The notes beneath the pieces were generated by a model. The model made no database searches and was not told where the DNA came from. It saw nothing but the letters and a program-made list of their open reading frames with translations. Shown in pieces: positions 27,366 through 41,857 of a stretch of 64,000 bases of DNA. Within the stretch, counting starts at the first letter, position 1. Every line of letters starts with the position of its first letter. A program made the translations under genes and the position numbers. The stretch covers positions 2,356,001-2,420,000 of the forward strand of contig NW_026963314.1 of NCBI RefSeq assembly GCF_036588685.1. Direction: 5' to 3'. Source of the DNA: Mytilus trossulus (Eukaryota).

Positions 27366-27942
27366 GTAAGACTTCGTTTTATTTATATATCATTTTCATC
27401 TGTATACATGTTAATTTTTTGGTACTTGTGATGGTGACAAAACTTGTTTCCCTCTAAATTTATTTTATTACACGAATGATTTTACTATATATTTATTTGT
27501 TTCATTTCTTTTTTTTTTAAAGAAAGAATGGAAACAGCTATTTATCCATGACCTTAATCCGTCGTGCACTTGACAAAACCAACATCAAAATGTATTAATT
27601 TTTCGTCATCGTAAAAAGTAAAATCACAAAGATACTGAACTTAGAGGAAAATCAATTCGGAAAGTTCATCACATGGCTAAATCAAATAACAAAAGGCATA
27701 AAAAACGAATGGACAAGAACTGTCATATTCCTGACTCGGTACAGTGTTTTCAAATGTAGAAAAAAAAGTCAAAATATGGGTACATCAGTCATCATCGTGT
27801 TACAATTTTAAAAGGAACAATCACAGGAAGACACCAATACTCAGAAGAAGATCCCTTAATTAACTGATTAGTAGGCAGACGATTAATTGCAAATCATGTT
27901 ACTTGTTACATGAAACCATGCCAACGTTCTGGTATGATAGTA

Positions 27943-28925
27943 AATAGTTATCAAAAGTACCAGGATTATAATTTTATACGCCAGACGCGCGTTTCGTCTA
28001 CATAAGACTCATCAGTGACGCTCAGATCAAAATAGTTAAAAAGCCAAACAAATACAAAGTTGAAGAGCATTGATGACCCAAAATTCCAAAAAAGTTTTGC
28101 CAAATACGGCTAAGGTAATCTACTCCTGGGGTAAGAAAATCCTTAGTTTTTCGAAAAATTCAAAGTTTTATAAACAGAAAATTTATAATATGACCATATA
28201 ATTGATATTCATGTCAACACCGAAGTGCTGACTACTGGGCTGGTGATACCCTCGGGGACGAAACGTCAACCAGCAGTGGCATCGACCAGAAATAGAGTTC
28301 ATGTTATTCTGTAGATAATCGGAACCAAAATTTAACATTTGCAGGAACGATTTGGAGACTGAATGCAATTAGTTGCAGAAAAATTATGTTCCAACACATA
28401 TTTCACTAAACATATATTATGATATTAGAACTTTTTGGTATAATGCTCTTCAACTTTGTACTTGTTTGCTTTTATAAATATTTTGATTTGAGCGTCCCAG
28501 ATGAGTCTTATGTAGACGAAACGCGCGTCTAGCGTACTAAATTATAATTCTGGTACTTTTGATAACTATTAACACCACTGGGTCGATGCCACTGCTGGTT
28601 GACGTTTCCTCCCCGAGGGTATCACCAGCCCAGTAGTCAACACTTCGGTGTTGACATGAATATCAATAATGTGGTCATTTTTATAAATTTCCTGTTTACA
28701 AAACTTTGAATTTTTCGAAAAACTAAGGATTTTCTTATCCCAGGCATAGATTACTTTAGGCGTATTTGGCACAACTTTTGGAATTTTGGATCCTCTATGC
28801 TCTTCAACTTGTAATTGACTGTTTGGTTTTATAAAAATTTTGATTTGAACGTCACCGATGAGTCTTATGTACACGAAACGCGCGTCTGGCGTACTAAATT
28901 GTAATCCTGGTACTTTTGATAATTA
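27943..28925. mobile_element. Inverted copies of an interspersed repeat (tatcaaaagtaccagg... family)
   Basis: 27943-28289 forward; 28440-28568 and 28570-28925 reverse; another copy at 34930-35585. Confidence 0.75.
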
Positions 28926-29061
28926 TTGTCTGTGTTCTATAGGAATTAATTTTTGTGGCTTATCAATTCGATTACATACACGTATGTATACACGTGTTTG
29001 CTGTCATAAAGTCCACCAATGAAGTATGACTTAACATCTTGTATTGGTTTATGTTTTATAG

Positions 29062-29282
29062 GAATAGTAGTCGGCGGCTCTTGCATTGGTTTATTCCAGT
29101 TGATCTGTTACTGTGTGACATTTGTGTGTCTGATATTTGGTATCGTTGCCCTTATACTGGTAATATATCTACGTCGCAGTACATTGAGAGCGAAGCAAGA
29201 CAATGGAAGTAAGGGAAACCAAAGGCAAGAGAAGAGGAAAGGAGGAAGACGGGAGAAAAGAGATTCAAATGCATGGACTTAA
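29062..29282 (+). CDS. LRR-TM gene C, exon 3 (TM + basic tail ending NAWT*)
   Basis: gttttatag|ga acceptor, 221 nt; GIVVGGSC then TM, YLRR. Confidence 0.88.
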
Positions 29283-31706
29283 TTATCAACTTTGTATCTA
29301 ATGATACATGTAAAAGACAAAGACGTTTGAGATTATCCATTGGACACGCTGAACATTTTATTTGTTTCATTATTAAATTACTTTTACTCATGAATTTTTC
29401 CATTGGTTATTAAAAGGTGAAATTGTCAATGTTGTATCATGATTTAGAATTCTAGTTTATATCAATCCGTACTTTTTCAATATCAAATTTCATTTCTCAG
29501 TATAGTTCTATATTCTAGACAGTAACTGTTTTTAATGACTACGCGTCATAACAGTGTATACAGTACTGTATAAAAACAAACGAACAATAAATTAAAATCA
29601 GAATAAAAGTTACAGAATTTAATTACCGATAACCAATGAATTACTGAACCCGTCTTTCACCTAAATTTGTTAATGTCAAAGTATCAGCCACACACTTATC
29701 AATCGGAGTCCATATAAACAAGTAATGCGATGCCAATGAGACAAGTACCGAAGTTCGAAGTGGGTGTTAACAATTAAGGGTAACCGTAGGACTTCCACGA
29801 TGAGACAACTCATTCTGTAAAGTCAGCTATAAAAGGCCCCGACATGAAAAACAATGTGAAGCTATGCAAATGTGGACAGATATGACAGATACATGTATAA
29901 ACCAATTACAACCGCTGGATCCTAACTTTGAACAGACACATAACGAATGTGGCGAGATTAGACATTTTAAAAATGCGCCATTTCTTCCCTAATTACCCAT
30001 GGCAGTGTTGTAGCTATACACAATAAGAACCTACTATAACATCAGTTGAAAAGGTCTTAATTTCCCCGATTTAAACAATGCCGAAAAACATCTATAATAT
30101 AAAAAAACAGACATGACATGATAGGAAATGTATGCATTGAATTCTAACAACAACAAAAAAGATACAAAGTACAGATCTGAGAGGACTGACTAATAGAGAG
30201 ATAGCTAATTCAAAGCTTATACCATCTATTAAAAAAGCATGAAAAATAAGCCTTGAAAGACTGAAATATCTCTAAGTACACATCCAACACCCAATGCATT
30301 TAGAGTTAAAAAAGCATCATTAACAGTAAGAGAAAAATACGATCATATGAAGATATACTGTAGGTATCGACAGGTCGAGATATCTAAAGGCTCTAAATAG
30401 CTTTGGTTAACGAAGCTCACCTATGTATACCTTCATCGTCAACAATGTGCATTCGCCAACATTTCAAAATGCCCTCTTGGTTTTGTTGATCTTGCATTGC
30501 TGATCATTGTTTTTTAAAGTGTCTGCAGTAAAGTTATAACAATTTCTGTTAAATTTGACTTACTTGTAGATCAGATCTAGTCTTCTATACATTAATTTAT
30601 ATACAAGGGGTGATATGACGGGTTGTTTATCTATAAAAAATATATAATGTTTAGATCTTGTCTTGCTGATCAGTTTTGCCTATTTACGTTTCGTCTATCT
30701 ATAATAGTTTTTCAGATATAGGCAAAAAAAAAAACACAGGTAAAAGTCGTCAATAAAGGGCAATTTGTTAAATGAGCGGGAGTCAGTCTGAAACTTATTT
30801 TTTTTGTATTCTACTCATATTTCTGTACAAAATGTATTGAAATTTCTTTTCACAATGATCATTGATGAGAAAAAATTCTGGCGATGTTTGTTAAATAATA
30901 TAATTTGAAATTTGAAATACTATTTTAGAAATACTGTTTTATTGAAGGCTTTCCACGTTAGTATTTCTAGATAAAATTCTGCAATGCAAAAAAATGTAAA
31001 GAACATTTGTCGTTGTATCAGTATCTATAAAATTAGTATTTTTGAGGTTTAATTTGTCCTCCAGTAATATTAGAAGGGTGTGATCCCTGAATCCGCTTAC
31101 TGTTTTGTCAGATTCCCGTATCCCGCTTATCAATTTTATAATTATAACGCTTGTAATTTCACGCGTCCCGCCTTACTTTTTTTTTACACACAAGCACATT
31201 TCAAATATCACACTTACAAAAATATTGTCCAATTCCGCGTCAAGCTTCAACCCTAATGAGACACACTAGCAAGTGTAACTATCTTTAACTCAATCATATT
31301 TTGATATGTTTCTTAATAATTAATAATACCTTTAACACTTTATTATTTTATCTTACTTATATATAATCCTATTACTATTTGTTAAGCTTTTCTAGCTTTG
31401 AATGTAGGCCATCTTTAGGTTAGTCTCTAAATGATTTAATATTTATTTTTGTTAGATCTTATTAAGTTCTAATCCATATTTTGATATATACCAATATTTG
31501 AACCTGTAATACATATTAGTTACAGTTGATAACATTTATAACGATCAAAAGATTAAATCGAAAAAATTTGGAACTAAAAGTTCAACATAATTTTGTGACC
31601 CAGCTGTAATAAGAAATGTGATTGTTTTCGTTAAAATGTAGACCATCATAGTCTGAATGCTGCTGCAGAATAGTATGTGATTAAATTTGAACTTTATTAA
31701 AACAAG

Positions 31707-32583
31707 ATGAAAATTGTAGAAGTGTTTGTGTACTTATGGACAACGTACATCGGATATGTGTATAGTGCACAGCCTACCGGATGTACATACGACAGTACAG
31801 ATTCATCAACAGGTATCTATACGTGTACATTCGGCAGTTACACAGCACCACTTACCTTTACTGCGTTCACTGATCCGTATCCACAGCGTATAATTATCAA
31901 TGCTGTAAGCGGCACTTTACCAACAAATACTTTCTCAGGCTTTTCATCGTTTGCTGCTAATTTGATAGATCTTGATTATGCTGCAAGCTTACAGGTTATT
32001 TGTAGTTCTGGAGGAACACTGACAATTTCGCAAGCTTTATTTTCGAGCATGAGCTATCTACAGGAACTGAAAATAAGTAACTGTGATATTCAGTCGCTTC
32101 CTTCGAGTGTTTTCTCAAACTTAGTCACACTCGATTCTCTGTGGATTGAAGGAGGTTCAGTCAACACACTAGCAACTAATATTCTTACGGGTTTATCTAT
32201 AGAAAAATTGGACGTTCCAGTCCCGACCGGCGAATTTGTCATAAAGAACACTGTGGTTTCCGGTAATCAAATTCCGGTCGGTATGCTTGATGGACTGACT
32301 GCTGTTAAATCAATTAGATTCGACAACATCGGACTGACTTCGGTTGATGATGCGCTGTTCGGTCTGAATACAGCTTTGACGTCTTTGTCACTTGCTAACA
32401 ATGTTGGGATAATAAAGATAGAAACTGCTTTGATTAGCGCACTAGAGGGGTTATCTTCCCTTGATCTAGATGGTATCCCGTTTGAATGCACGTGCGAAAA
32501 CTTATGGATCCTCACTCATGCCACAATGAATGGTATAGCCTTACCATCAGGAATCATTTGCGGCACACCTGCTGAATATCAGA
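31707..32583 (+). CDS. LRR-TM gene D, exon 1; spliced product ~399 aa
   Basis: Signal peptide, PTGCTYD cap, LRRs, PFECTCENLW; donor cag a|gtacgt; 877 nt. Confidence 0.92.
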
Positions 32584-32699
32584 GTACGTATTTGTTATGA
32601 CAATCGTATTGATATACAATATAATAGTTTGATCATGTAGGTTGCACTTGTAAATGCTTCTGTTTCACAACCCACAAGACCCAAAGTGAAAGGAGGGGT

Positions 32700-33005
32700 A
32701 TATATAAAAAAGATTTGGTATGATTGCCAATGAGACAACTGTTCACAAGAGACCAAAATGACACAGACATTAATAACTATAGCTCACCGTACGGCCTTCA
32801 ACAATGAGCAAAGCCCATACCGACTAGTCAGCTATAAAAGGCCTCGATAAGACAATGTAAAACATTTCAAACGAGAAAACTAACGGCCTCATTTATATAA
32901 AAAAAAATGAACGAAAAACAAATATGTACCAAGTAACACATAAAAAACCGACAACCACTGAATTACAGGCTCTTGACTTGGGACAGGCACATACGTAAAT
33001 AATGT
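32700..33005 (+). mobile_element. Very abundant short interspersed repeat (ggtatgattgccaatgagacaact... family)
   Basis: Ten or more copies in both orientations, e.g. ~2690-2885, 10285-10445, 20620-20820, 22040-22340, 34495-34620, 44695-44962, 50105-50425, 51115-51325. Confidence 0.8.
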
Positions 33006-33309
33006 GATATGTAGTACATAATTTTAGTATAAATTAATGCCTTATTATTCGGAAGTTCGGGGCATATAAATGTTGAAAACTGCCACACAGCTTTTATTGC
33101 TGTACTTCATCTGAAAGTCAAAGTGATGCCTCCAAAACGGAACAAAATAAAAACTATCACCTTACTGCAAGGTAATACGGCCGCTACCGTTGGCTTTAAT
33201 ATATTTAATACTGGTTACATTGCCACAAAAAAAGTGCTTAACTCATTGCCAATTTAGTAAATAAGTTTTGTGATTCCTTAATAATTGACAAGGCTATATT
33301 TTTATTCAG

Positions 33310-33375
33310 ACAAGAAAGCTTCTAAGTATTATGATGAGATGTGTGACACTGCAAACGCGTGTGGAGATTTACCAG
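33310..33375 (+). CDS. LRR-TM gene D, exon 2 (NKKASKYYDEMCDTANACGDLP)
   Basis: tttattcag|ac ... ccag|gtgagt, 66 nt. Confidence 0.92.
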
Positions 33376-33769
33376 GTGAGTATAGGACGTTTGAATATAC
33401 AAAAGAAATAATCCAATTTCATAAGACGAAGAAATAACCAACGAACTCGTAGCTAGAAAAAAAAAAAAAAAAAAAGGCCCTACAAAATTCTACACAACTC
33501 TACATGAGAACTTCACGTAGACAACCAGAACACCAACAACATACCAAGGTTGATCTCAGATCGATTTAAACACGAATTTAAACCATAAACCATCTTCTGT
33601 TTAAAAAAAATGCATTTGTTCACGTTGGTCAAATTGCTTTATAAATTTGTTGACATTTGTTTGCAATCAGACCATATATTTTTTCCCATAAATACAAAGT
33701 GGAATACAACCTCACGGTGGTTAATCAAAATAAATAAAAAACATCAATCAACATACTTTTATATTTCAG

Positions 33770-34026
33770 GTATAACCCTTGGTCCAACGATATGTATGAC
33801 TATTATCGAGATTGTCAGTTATTGTATCCTAGCTGTTACCATGGTAATAGCTATAGTAGCACTTGTTATCATATGTTATGTCAGAAGGAAACTGGTCATT
33901 GCCAAAGAAAATCTAGAGAAAAAGAGAAATAGCTCCTGGGCACGTGTACAAAATGCACTGAAGAAGGGCGGAGCATCTGGTCAAAAACCACCATTGAGAT
34001 CGTCACAAGTAGATGGTTGGGTGTAA
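33770..34026 (+). CDS. LRR-TM gene D, exon 3 (TM + tail ending DGWV*)
   Basis: atttcag|gt acceptor, 257 nt; aataaa at ~34154. Confidence 0.92.
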
Positions 34027-35101
34027 CAAATATTGATAAACCAATAGATGTCTGAGTTTGCCTGTCCTTAATTGATGTATAAACATATACACTGTATACA
34101 ACTGCTTAACAAATAGATGCTTGGAATCTTCTTTACGTCATTAAAACACATTTAATAAAATGTTTTATAGAAAACGTTTTTATAATCAATGTTTTTTAAT
34201 GCAGATTCAAACGATCCTGATTAAGAAGGCATATAGTTATTCGTTGCTTGATATCCAACATAGATATACTATAATTTATTGTATGATCACTAGTACATAA
34301 CAGGTGAAAGGTCACACATAGGGGTACATCACCCAATATTGTGTTGTTATCTTAATCACTATAAAAACAAACCAATATGTAACAAAGACCTACAAAAACT
34401 AATAGACAAAGTACATAAGCAGAATACAAAAAGTATCATAGAACAATAAAACAATCATTAAGACGGGATGTATACGTACAGAGCCACGTCATACATATAA
34501 AAAAGAAGATGTGGTATTATTGCCAATGAGACAACTATCCACAAAAGACCAAAATGACACAAACATTTACAATAATAGGTAACCGTACGACCTTCAACAA
34601 TGAGCAAAGCCCATACCGTCATCAAAGAAACACAAAATGGCATATAGAAAAACTACATACATGTAAGCAAAACTGAAAGTCAAGAATACAAAAATTGTGA
34701 GAACAATAACAAAATGAGTGATAAATAAGTAAATAGTCTCGTCTAATGGATGTCTAAAAAAGAGACTAAACAGTAGATTAACAGTAATTCATACGGACAA
34801 ATAAAAGAATAATATAATTCACGATATTGCATTTAGGACAATTAATAACGTCAGTACCCATAATCTTAAAAGAACACCGTGTATTATTCGTTAAATTTTA
34901 AACTTCTGTATAAAAAATTCATCATATATACCGGATTAAATTTGGTATTTACACCAGACGCACGTTTCATCTACAAACGACTCATCAGTGACGCTTGAAT
35001 TCAAAAAAAAATATATAAAAAAGCCAAATAAAATACAAAATTGAAGAGCATTGAGAACCAAATTCCGAAAGGTAATCTATTCCTGAAGTAGAAAAACATT
35101 A

Positions 35102-35468
35102 GAGTGCATTTTTTCTTACACAAATGACGCAAGCGGCTAAGCGCGCACATGTTCTGCTGATTTGTGTCTAACATACGTTTGCAAAGTTTACGTACACTTT
35201 AACAACATTGCACTCGCTAGAGTTTTGTTTGTCGTTTATTGTTTGTAAGTACAAACGCTACATTTCTAACTTCAACCTGATTTAACGATGTATTTTTTTC
35301 TACGTTTGTAAAAAAAGTCTGTTTACCAACAACATATGCATGCATTATTGAAAGTTCAAACAAGGTCAATAAACACTGATTAATTGATGTTTTTGCTTCT
35401 ATTTTTGTAGCGTTTAGAAAATAACAAAAAACGCCACACAATTTTGTAAGAAAGAAATGCACCTACTC
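35102..35468. mobile_element. MITE nested in an interspersed repeat
   Basis: TIR-like gtgcattttttcttaca / tgtaagaaagaaatgcac; splits the 34930-35585 repeat copy. Confidence 0.6.
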
Positions 35469-37064
35469 TTATTATTTCAAAAATTCGAATGTTTTATACT
35501 AAACAGTTAATTTATAAAATATGGCAATATCAATGAGAATTTATGCTGACTACTGGGCTAGTAAGTGATACCCTCGGGGAATTAATGTAGTTTGGTGTCT
35601 TCATGAAGTAACACATTAGGTGTATCGGCTTCGCGAAATATTTATGATTCTGATTTGACAAGACTCCCATATAGGCCCTTCATATATGTCTAAGATGCTT
35701 ATATCGTCACTAACCGAGATAAAAAGGAAAATGTTTCTTCTTATGTGACCTTTTGTCAAGCAATGTTTCTTTCTTTGCGTATTCACATATTTAGGTTTTT
35801 GTTTATATTTAATGTAAAGCAATTTCAAACAATGAAAAACACCCACAGCAAATACATTGTAGCCGGCTATAAAAAGTCGCGACATGAAAAATACAAAACA
35901 ATTCAGTTGAAAATAAATGTACTAACGGTCTAATTTAAAACATAACAAACTACGAAAAACAAATATGACAGACATAAAATAACAGCAACAACCACTGAAT
36001 AACACTCAGAATGTGACAGGGTTAAACATCTTTGTAAGCACTCAACCGTCCGACAATTTGGACCAGTGTTGCAACAGAACAAAAATATAAAAAAAAAATC
36101 AGTTGAAAAATGTTTATCTCATTAGATCGATACAAAGAAAAACACCAAACAAATACACAGGCAGGGCGATACAGGTTATATATCAACCGCCTTCCGTAAC
36201 AACAAAACATGTCATTAAGTACATATCTGGAGAGTATTCGCAGTACCGGTAACTGACAGAAATATAGAGTCCAAAGCCAATAACAATCAAATATCAATCA
36301 GTACACATAAAAAATCCAATGGATTTAGTGTAAAAGCGTCATTAACAGTCAGAGAAAATCACTGGTGTCAATAAAGGGGACAAAAATATATGAAAATTTT
36401 ATAAGGCTAATTTCTCCACTTTAACAGCTTATTTTCAGATGTGTATTATTTCAAGAAACATCTTTTTAATCATTGCCATTGAAATATTTTTTCGGACAGA
36501 ACGGAAAAAAAGCATCAGGAAAATATGACATTGTGCAATGCTAAAATATAGGTGTTGATAGATTGTAGCTAGTTAAATGTTAAAGTACATAATTATGTGA
36601 AATATAAAGTGCATGACAATGTTCTGACAAAAAATCGTACATTGTTATATTTTGATCAATTCATATTGATAGTGTTGGCAAATCTCTAAACAATACTTTT
36701 AGTTAATACTAGAACACACGCGGGTTTGTGAAAAAATGAAAGTGCCTATGTTTATTTAACTGGGTTTTTAGTATCCGTATTGTCATCTAATAAAGCCGTG
36801 TTGTTTGTAAAGTGCAGACTTTTTTCTTCTTTTAGAATGTTTCTGTTAAAACCAGTCCATGTACAATAAACTATCTATAAACTAAATTTAATTTTGTAAT
36901 TACTAATAATTAACCAAATTAAATTGTTGTATTGAGGTCCAAGAATACTGACTCGTTACATGTACCAGTGTTAGGCCTGTGCTGCTCTCACCATTTTACA
37001 TTTGTCTTTTATGTGGACATTGTGTGGTATTATGTGGATGAGTCAATATAATAAACAGTTATTT

Positions 37065-37305
37065 AACGCATCATGTAAATATAACGGAATTTGATGAGAC
37101 AATTATTAAAGTGAGAGGGTTAGCGCTATAGAACCAGGTTTAATCCACCATTTTCTACATTTGAAAATGCCTGTACCAAGTCAGGAATATGACAGTTCTT
37201 GTCCATTCGTTTTTGATGCGTTTTGTTATTTGATTTTGCCATGTGATTATGGACTTTCCTAATTGATTTTCCTCTGAGTTCAGTATTTTTGTGATTTTAC
37301 TTTTT
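37065..37305 (-). mobile_element. Interspersed repeat
   Basis: Reverse-complement homolog at 27613-27765. Confidence 0.6.
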
Positions 37306-38419
37306 GCTAACATTGAATTTGTCTACCCACAAGTATTTCATATTTTAAACTAAGATCTATTCAAATATGCTTTTTTAAAATCTCCTAATGCTTGCTCTCC
37401 CAGAATACTCAGTCTTCCCAGTTATATTTAAATTATTATTATAGTTGGAACAAGCTCGACGCTTAAGCTTAACCTAATTGTGAGGCAAAACATTTGTAAA
37501 ATTGGCATTTAATTTAATAAAACCGAGAATGGAAACGGGAAATAAGTCAAAGAGACAACCAAACCATAGAGCAGATAATAGCCGAAGGCCACCAATGGGT
37601 CTTGAAAAAAACCAAGAAACATCCCGCACCCGGTAGTGTTCCTCAGCTTAAAATACAAACGTAAACTAGTTCAGTGAAAATGGACGTCATATACAAAACT
37701 CCAAAATAAATAAATGAACTAAAATTAAGATATATACCTACAAGACTAACAAAGGCCAGAGGATCCTGATTTTTTTCTCTTTTTTTTGTTTTATTTATTT
37801 TCATCCTGGTATCTATGATGAGTGTATTTAACAGTTTGTTATTTTGAAATAAAAGTAACAAACATCTTCAAACTTATTAGTGTCTTTTCTAAACTCACGG
37901 AAATAAACAGCTATTAGAGATTCCTTATTTTATTTGTGTTAAGTTGTTGGATTGCCGACTCAGTTAAAGACATCCAGTTTGAAAACTCTTTGTATTCATC
38001 AATTTATAAAAGATTCTTTTGTGAGAAATTTCTTTTATAAAAACATTAACTACTGGAACTGTTATCATTAGTTTATTGAAACTGTTTGTTTGTAACCCGG
38101 ATTTGGTTTTTCTCTCTATCGATTTATGAGTTTCGAACAGCGGTATACTTCTGTTGCTTTTATTTAGCATGCCGTTTTGAATTTTAAATGTCTTTAAGGT
38201 AAGCGTGCATCTGATGGTAAACATGAATCAAAAATTTAAATGAATTTTAAAACCAAATACATAAAGGGCGTGTTTACTTAATCCGTAATTTATTTGTTTT
38301 GTTTAATCGCATTTATAGTGCAGTAAATTGCAGATTGGATAAAAGGGATTAAACCCATAAGTTTACATTACAATCACAGATTCTATATGTTATGTTTTAT
38401 TATATCTATGTTGTCTAAA

Positions 38420-39308
38420 ATGTTTAAGCATTGTAAGATTTTTCCGTTTGCAATCTACTTTATTTTATTGTTTGAGACAATAAATGGAACATCTCCGACC
38501 GGTTGTAGTTATGACAGCGCCTACTCATCAACAGGGATATATACTTGTGTATTTGGAAGCTATTCGGAACCTTTGACTTACTCAGCGTTTTCAAGTCCAC
38601 TTCCACAAAGACTAAAGATCACGAATTTAAACGGAAACTTGCCAGCCAGTGGAAGTGCATTTTCGGGATTCTCAAGTTTTACCTCTGGTTCGTTCGACAG
38701 AAATTACCCAGCTTACCTCGAACTAGTCTGTACTACGTCAGGGTCGATAACTCTTACAACGAGTACTTTCACCGACATGAGTTATCTACAGGAAGTTAAG
38801 TTTTCTTATTGTAACATAGTTTCCCTATCAAATGGCATGCTAGGACCTTTCGGAAGTCTGAACTCATTGATATTTGAACACGGTTCCATAGCGTCTTATT
38901 CGGCAGACTTTTTAACATCTGTTACGATTGAACCACTTGCTGTTGCTGAACCGAGGGGAGAACTTATTATAAAGGATTGTTCGATTACACCCACTACAAT
39001 ACCAGCAGGTGTGTTCGACGGACAAACTTCGATACGAACAATACAATTAGTGAAAGCTGGGGTTACATCTATCGATGCTTCAGCGTTTAGTCTGACAACT
39101 CAGCTTAATTATATATCTCTGGTCGACAATTCTATTACGTCATTGGAAAGTAACCTCTTCACAAGTGTGAAAAGTCTGTCGTCCATTGATTTAGGTGGAC
39201 TTGCTTATGACTGTTTCTGTTCAAATTTAGACGTCCTAACGTATTCTAGTGAAAACTCTGTAAAACTGCCGTCTGATTTGATCTGTAACACACCAGCCAG
39301 TTATCAAT
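38420..39308 (+). CDS. LRR-TM gene E, exon 1; spliced product ~392 aa (in-frame alternative ATGs at 38387 and 38408)
   Basis: Signal peptide, PTGCSYD cap, LNYISLVDNSITSL LRR, YDCFC; donor caa t|gtatgt. Confidence 0.9.
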
Positions 39309-39715
39309 GTATGTTTATTATTAAAAAAAAGAAATTTGTAAGTAATATCATTCAAGTGTTAACCTTACCTTTAAAAAAAACCCATAGTTTTTACGTAAAA
39401 AAAAAAAAAAAAAACTTGTGAGATAGTGAGGGAGTGTTAGCTGAAAAATATATTTTACTTTGAAATATCCTGTTATCTGTCTTGAAACTTACTCAGGTAG
39501 CCTAGAAATAGGGGGGGGGGGGACAAGCCTGAAATGAGTGTCATCAAAGTTTGTTCTGGGATAAATCAGATCTTTTTTCTCTCTATACGCGCACATATTT
39601 CAAATAAATATAAAATTTATTATAATTTAAAACATACACTGTTATTCGGAAAATCAGGATAGGTACAACAATATTTGAAGTTTTATATAAATGATTATGC
39701 TTGGTATTTTTGTAG

Positions 39716-39772
39716 ATAAAAAAGCGACAAAGTTTTACGCTGAGACCTGTGCTACAGTGTCAAGTTGTTCAG
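39716..39772 (+). CDS. LRR-TM gene E, exon 2 (YKKATKFYAETCATVSSCS)
   Basis: ttttgtag|at ... tcag|gtaaat, 57 nt. Confidence 0.92.
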
Positions 39773-40183
39773 GTAAATTGTTTATTTATACCGGTATATG
39801 CTGATCTGACTGATCAACTGATTTTTGTTCTTGTTGATTTTATGCTGAACAGTAACACCACTAACCAAGGTACTAATAGAGATGATTGAATGCTCCTAAA
39901 GTTGAATTCCCGCGATAGCCGATTATCAGTTTTCCATGACTTATAAGAATATCCGTCCGTTTTACTAATTCATTGATTGTTTTTATGATTAATACAACTT
40001 TCATTTCCTAATATCTACAACAGCTTCACTTCTCAGAACAAGTAGGGTACAATGTATGAACCAAAAAGCATAATGTATGCTTATTGATTTTATTGTTAAT
40101 GTGTTAAAATTTAGCTTGAAAAAGAAATTTACTTCGATCTAAGTTGTGGTCGAATTTTAATATTTACTTTAATTTGATTGTAG

Positions 40184-40416
40184 GTCTGTCTTGTTATACT
40201 GCGATAGAAATCGTAGGATTTGTCTTACTAGGCATGGCACTAATTGTCGCATGTGTTGCCTTGGCAATGATTTGTCATGCAAAGCGACAAATAACTTCTG
40301 CTGCAATATCATCCAGGAGAAGACGACCAAATAGATGGTCAAAAATGAAAAATGCCATGAGAGCTACACATCGTGGTCGTCGAGGAGAAAAGCCACCGAT
40401 GAAATCCAAGTATTGA
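40184..40416 (+). CDS. LRR-TM gene E, exon 3
   Basis: gattgtag|gt acceptor, 233 nt; TM, CHAKR, RPNRWSKMKNAM, GEKPP. Confidence 0.92.
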
Positions 40417-41857
40417 GGTTATATGAAAATGAATGGTTTCAATGACATTTTCTGATTTCCTTCATAAAGTAATCAAGGCATATTGATGCATGTACAATGT
40501 ATCAATAGGAACAATACAATATTTAAAAAATCACGAGTATTTATTCAATGTTTATCTTTAATTCATGTCAATAAAAATGGCGGTTTTGTTTTGTGTATTC
40601 TGTATTGAATTAGAGACGATGCGAGTAGTTGTCGATGATAGCATCCAAACAGTACTATTTAATAGAACTAACTGTTGAAGAAAATACATTATAGTACAGC
40701 TTCCTTTGAATCCGATACGTCTCTGAACGAGAACCGGCTTCTACAGATGCCCTCGAAATGATTAAAAAGCCAACATTAACGCCAAATAAAAGTCAATTAA
40801 TCTTTTACTGTGTTTTACGAAAAATCAAATTTCACAAACTGATGTATGGTGGTAACACCAATGACACTATTTAGTAAACACTATTGACATTTTCAGTAAT
40901 GGATGTTATGCTATATAATTTGAGATTTTTTAGTCGAAGATGTATTTTTTTCATCTTTTTCTTTTGCTCGGTGTTCTTGATTTTGTGTTCAAAACTTAAA
41001 AGTAAAATTTGAAATGTGATGTCAATGGTGATGCTTTTTGTGTCATTAGAGTTACTGAAGGGTCAGTGGTGTTGCTATATAGAAATGCGACATTTTTTGA
41101 TTTTTTTTCATAAATAAAAGTGTTGTTAGGTCGTTTACGAAGGATTAGGTATATTGTTATCATTTAATTTTATACATGCTTTACATATATTCAGTTAAAG
41201 TGTATTTCTTAGTGTTTACAACAGCAATGCATAATTAAGACAGCCATTTTTCTTACGACAATGTATTCTGAAATTTCTGTTTGAATAGAATGCACAGCTA
41301 TATGAATAATGTCACACGTCGTAATTTAAACCTAAACAACAAATTGGAACAGTTGTTTGGTAATTATATCTAGTACCTAAATGTATGTTTTGAATAGGTT
41401 ACACCATTGCCACGATGCTATCAAAGGATGACCTAAAATTGTTAAAATTGAAGGAACTCGTCTTTTTTCCCATTGCATATTTCTGAATATCGTTGCTACC
41501 ATACTAAAGATTAAATGTTTTAAACAATGAAATCATTTTTCACAATATTACCTCGTCGAAATTTGCACTTGTTTTGATAATGACCAATGTACAAAACAGT
41601 GGACGCGATATTTAAATTGACATTTTTTTACTGTATGATAAACTTAGTTCATAACATATATTTATAATAATGAGTTTACGATAATCCATGTTAATCCGAC
41701 TAAACCTTTCTATAATATTCCACAAGAAGTTAGACTCAACTATTTTACTGAACAGCCATTGACATATTTAAGATATGGATTCATAAATGTTTATGTACAT
41801 TATTTGATTGTTGGAGGCAGTTTTTGTAGAACCAACTTGTGTTTTCAGTTTTACACG

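Noticed and set aside
41759-41857. N-terminal extension of the gene F ORF
   Set aside because: TTG start; the signal peptide begins at ATG 41858, matching paralog exon length (877 nt)
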